From Zootoca vivipara (taxonomy: Eukaryota): DNA of 64,000 nt. The notes beneath the pieces are model-generated. The model was not told the origin of the DNA. It ran no database searches and saw only the letters and a list, made by a program, of their open reading frames with translations. The DNA lies in contig NC_083285.1 of NCBI RefSeq assembly GCF_963506605.1, positions 52,638,001-52,702,000 of the forward strand, in the 5' to 3' direction. Both the position numbers and the translations under genes were made by a program. Below are positions 60,378 to 64,000 of this stretch, piece by piece. Positions within the stretch are counted from its first letter, which is position 1. Each line of letters starts with the position of its first letter.

Positions 60378-60628
60378 CATATTTATTTTAAATATTTCAG
60401 CCAAATGATGAATAAGGGCCTGGAGAAGAAGTTGAACTTTCTCTCTGTCTCTCTTCCAAGATATGAAGTGATTTTTCATTTCAGCTCTGGGTCTTCGAAG
60501 GCCTTAAAAGCCCGGGCTCTTTATCATAAAGGCTGTACGCAGAAGTGGAAGGGGGAATGATATGAGTATTTTGGGGTGGGGGTGGGATCAATGGTCCTCA
60601 TGAATGCAAGCTCTTTGCAGCATCCACA

Positions 60629-60979
60629 CATAGCTGCCAAATCTCCCGTTTTCCCCGGGAAACCCCCATTTTTCCAGCTGTCCCCAGCCGAAAAAATGGA
60701 ATTTTTTTGTTTTTTCCCGGCCCGGGTTATTCTGGCGCGGCGGCCATTTTGGAACTGGCCGGAGCATGCTCAGAAACGACTTTTGATGCTGCTCCGCCCA
60801 GTTCCAAAATGGCTGCAGTGCAACTTCTGGTGCGGCAGCCATTTTGGAACTGGGCACAGCAGCATCAAAAGTCGTTTCTGAGCATGCTCCGGCCAGTTCC
60901 AAAATGGCCGCCACGCTACTTCTGGTATGCTAATTTCGGTCCGGTCCCTTATTTTCCAGAGAGGAACTTGGCAGGTATG
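60629..60979. mobile_element. hAT-like MITE with internal palindrome
   Basis: TIR CATAGCTGCCAA / TTGGCAGGTATG, the same TIR as the 13268 element. TSD not clean. Confidence 0.75.
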
Positions 60980-61214
60980 CACACATCCAAAACAACAACG
61001 CATCTCCCAGATTTGCACTTTTCAGAGAAAATCTCATCAATTAAAAAAAGCCTGTTGCATACAATCCTGTCATTAATGACGCAACTCATGCAAATTATTT
61101 TAATGTTTCTGTTGATTATGTGTTGTGTTTTTATATCATCTTATTTTTGCAAACCACCCTTTTTGGCCATTTTGGTCACTTCTTGAATTTGTCCAATTTG
61201 TCCGATTCTTCTTT

Positions 61215-61520
61215 AAAGCCATCCAAGTTGGTGGCTTTCACTGCCTCCTGGGGGAGGGAGTTCCATAGTTTTACTATGTGATGCATGAAGAAGTGTTTTC
61301 TTCTTTCTGTCCTGAATCTTCCAAGGGTCACTATCATTGGATGTCTACAAGTTCTAGTGTTACAAGAGAGGGAGAAAGCTTTTCTGTATCCGCTTTCTCT
61401 GTGCCACGCACCATCATTTTACACATTTCTATCACGTCATGTCTACTCACCTTTTCTCTAAACTAAAAAGTCCCAAACACTTCAACCTTTCCTCACAGGG
61501 CACTTGCTCCATCCCTTTGT
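61215..61520 (-). mobile_element. CR1-type LINE fragment
   Basis: aagccatccaagttggtggc..gggagttccatagttt..tgcatgaagaagt..ctaaactaaaaagtcccaaac, a CR1 RT-tail-like sequence. A similar piece lies at ~33500-33800. Confidence 0.6.
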
Positions 61521-61690
61521 TCCCTTGAGATATCGCAGTGACCTGCTTGCAAATTAAGCTCTCATCTAGAAGTGCCCTGTGGCGCTGATTAACTCAGGTG
61601 GATGCTTGAGGGATGCATATCCAGTGATGAAATTATTGTTTTAGAAGACGATGTTTTGCCAGCAGGGTGTGTCAGGTCTTGTATCAGCAT

Positions 61691-61936
61691 CCTTGGTCTG
61701 CTGCTGGGTCTCAGTACCCATCCAGGATCTACAGTTGGACAGCTCTGTGGGTGGGATGCCTAGGACACAGCCCTTCCTCTCCTAAGGAGCTATCGCAGGG
61801 GCCTCCTTGGTCTGCTGCTCGGTCTCAGTACCCATCCAGGATCTACTGTTGATGCCTGCTGCAACCTTGGACAGCTCTGTGGGTGGGACGCCTAGGACAC
61901 AGCCCCTCCTCTCCTAAGGAGCTATCGCAGGGGCCT
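61691..61936. repeat. Tandem duplication of a ~114-bp unit
   Basis: Unit 1 is 61691-61804. Unit 2 is 61805-61936, with an ~18-bp internal indel and about three substitutions. Confidence 0.9.
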
Positions 61937-63335
61937 AAAGAGTTTGGTCTAAGCAGATTTGAAGGGAGATAGGAGATGTAACAGACCCAGAAATAAAAGA
62001 GACTGGAGCCTACAGTGAGAAAGAAGGGAAGAGGGAAAAAACCACCCAGAGAGGTGGAGCAGAGGTAGTGAGCGTGATGCCCTCCAAATATTGTTGGACC
62101 ACAAATTTCATTATCCCTGGCTATTGGCCAGACTGGCTGGGGCTGATGGGAATTGCAGTCTTGTAGCATCTTGAGGGCACCTGAAGTAGGAGGTCACACA
62201 GGGTTCTGCATCACAGGGGGAACCAACAGCCAAAGGTCAGGATTCCCTTGTTAGACCTTCCTACCTTGCATGGATGGCAGGGGAAAGAGCCAATGGGGAT
62301 GTAAGGGTGGGGCCAGTGGATAGGGCTCCATTCTTTCCCCCATGCAGCCAATCAAAAGAGGGGAAGAGGGGAGCACCATCCAGTGGGCCCGCCCCCACAA
62401 CCCCATTGGATTTGCCCCCTGACACTCATGCAAGGGGAAGAAGGTCATGTTATTCACATGAAGGAATAATGTCCAAGTGGGACTTTTGTCATGTCTTGCC
62501 ACATTTCATCTCGGAGTTGGCTACTGTCCTAGACAAGGAGACAAGAGCAGATTATTTGCTGATTTGCTGGTGGAAAGATTGCTTCCCTATGTTGAATTTG
62601 CATCCCTAGTTCTAGAAAACATACTTACAGATGGAGTTTATTTCTTTTACTTACTTATTTTTAGCTTTATAAAATTGCAGCTCTGCCCTGTAAAGTCGCT
62701 CAAGGTGCCCGGGAGTACAGCAATATAGAACAAATACATTAAAAAGAAACTTTGCCGTGACAATGAAACACAGCCATAATAAAATCAACCTCATAATAAT
62801 AGCACCAGCAGAAGCCAGATGAAATCTGCCAGTATCCATTAACCTCCTCTAAATGTTAATTCCCAGTGGTCAGATATACAGGAAGTGGGTGATGAAAATA
62901 GGAAGAGCTTTTGACTCTGGTACATTTCAATATTGTTTTAGGTTTATGGTGGGCCTCTTCTAATTCCTGGGCGCAAGACGTTGAATTGAGCATGTTAAAA
63001 AGACAAGCCAGGAGCCAGCTCACGGATGGCTGTGAAGAGGAGTCTTTAGCTGGGACAAAGGGACTGTCTGTGCGTCAGAGGGCAAATGCGAAAGGCCCCT
63101 CTCTCAACGCAGAATTAGTTAGGAGGACAAAAACCTCTGGAGTAGAATTTTAGAGTTTTCCTGTGATGTGAGCTGGGGGGAAACAGGGCAGTGTTCAAAA
63201 TGCTGTCAGCTGCGGAGCATCAGAGAACCATGCTGGATTTCTGTTTTGATCCAATACTGCGGCTTTGAGAGGAAAAAGACCTTTTTAGGGTGTGAATGTC
63301 ATGAGTCCCTCCACAGTAGGCTCAGGTTGTATATA

Positions 63336-63574
63336 CAGTGTTACCTTGGTTCTCGAACTCAATCCATTCTAGAAATCCGTTCGACTTCCAAAACGTTCGA
63401 AAACCAGGGTGTGGCTTCTGATTGGCTAATTGGCCCCGGAAACAATGGCGACAGCCGAAACGGACTTTGGCTTCCGAAAAACATTAGCAAAACAGAACAC
63501 TTACTTCTGGGTTTGTGGCGTTCGGGAGCCGATTTGTTCGTCAACTAAGCTGTTCGGGAACCAAGGTACCACTG
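63336..63574. mobile_element. Tc1/mariner (Tigger-like) MITE
   Basis: TA|CAGTGTTACCTTGGTTCTCGAAC ... GTTCGGGAACCAAGGTACCACTG|TA. Confidence 0.9.
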
Positions 63575-64000
63575 TATATGTAAATAAACCATATATCCTA
63601 AGGGCACCACAGTCTTTGCTGTGCCTCATTTCCAGGCCTGGGACCCGTGGAGGTTTGGGCAGCATGTAACAATATGTTCTTCTGTGGTTGAAATTTTATC
63701 TACCTTTCCCTGGGAGTAAGCTCCATTGAACATAATGGGGCTTCCTTCTGACTAAACATTAGGACACCCACTCACACATTGCCCAAAATGAGGAAATACA
63801 TCACCAAAAAAGCAACTAATTAAAATCCTTTTGCTCTAGTAGTGGGACTGTGCCCAGGATTTAATTTGACTAAGCCTGCCTTTGTTAAGCTTAACTCCAT
63901 GCCTCTAAGGCTCAGAGTGTTTTTTATCATGTGCGGAGTGGCTTTCCCTCTCTACTGCCTGACATACCTGTGCCCTCTTATCTAGATTGAGGAGAAATGG

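Noticed and set aside
60738-60912. Repeat-spacer pattern resembling CRISPR
   Set aside because: Vertebrate DNA, the repeats are inverted and inside a MITE, and there are no cas genes.
21000-64000. Expected downstream neighbour genes (FAM180A/SLC13A4 in other amniotes)
   Set aside because: I recognise no exon of either gene. They probably lie beyond the window.

Overview
Vertebrate genomic DNA, very probably from a squamate reptile. A lacertid-type lizard is inferred from Sauria SINEs, BovB, L2/CR1 and Penelope-like elements. The only gene I can firmly identify is myotrophin (MTPN / V-1) on the + strand. It has a CpG-island promoter at about 1.55-2.6 kb and four phase-0 coding exons (2216-2287, 11374-11487, 12669-12752, 17874-17960; 118 aa). 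Its ~2.8 kb 3' UTR ends near an AATAAA at 20760. The remaining ~43 kb is intergenic and rich in transposons: Sauria SINEs, a young BovB fragment, L1/L2/CR1 3' ends, hAT and Tc1/mariner (Tigger-like) MITEs with resolvable TSDs, solo LTRs, microsatellites and a 187-nt assembly gap. The most notable signal is a Penelope-like element (PLE) family. One copy has a GIY-YIG endonuclease ORF. There are four full-length minimal hammerhead ribozyme motifs (three with an intact core) plus a partial one. Two short TSD-flanked fold-back derivatives lack any ORF. Other highlights are a double G:U-wobble variant at the position of the mammalian miR-375 site in the MTPN 3' UTR, a pre-miRNA-sized intronic hairpin, a 41-bp TSD, and several nested insertions. 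All calls were made by eye, with no database searches.
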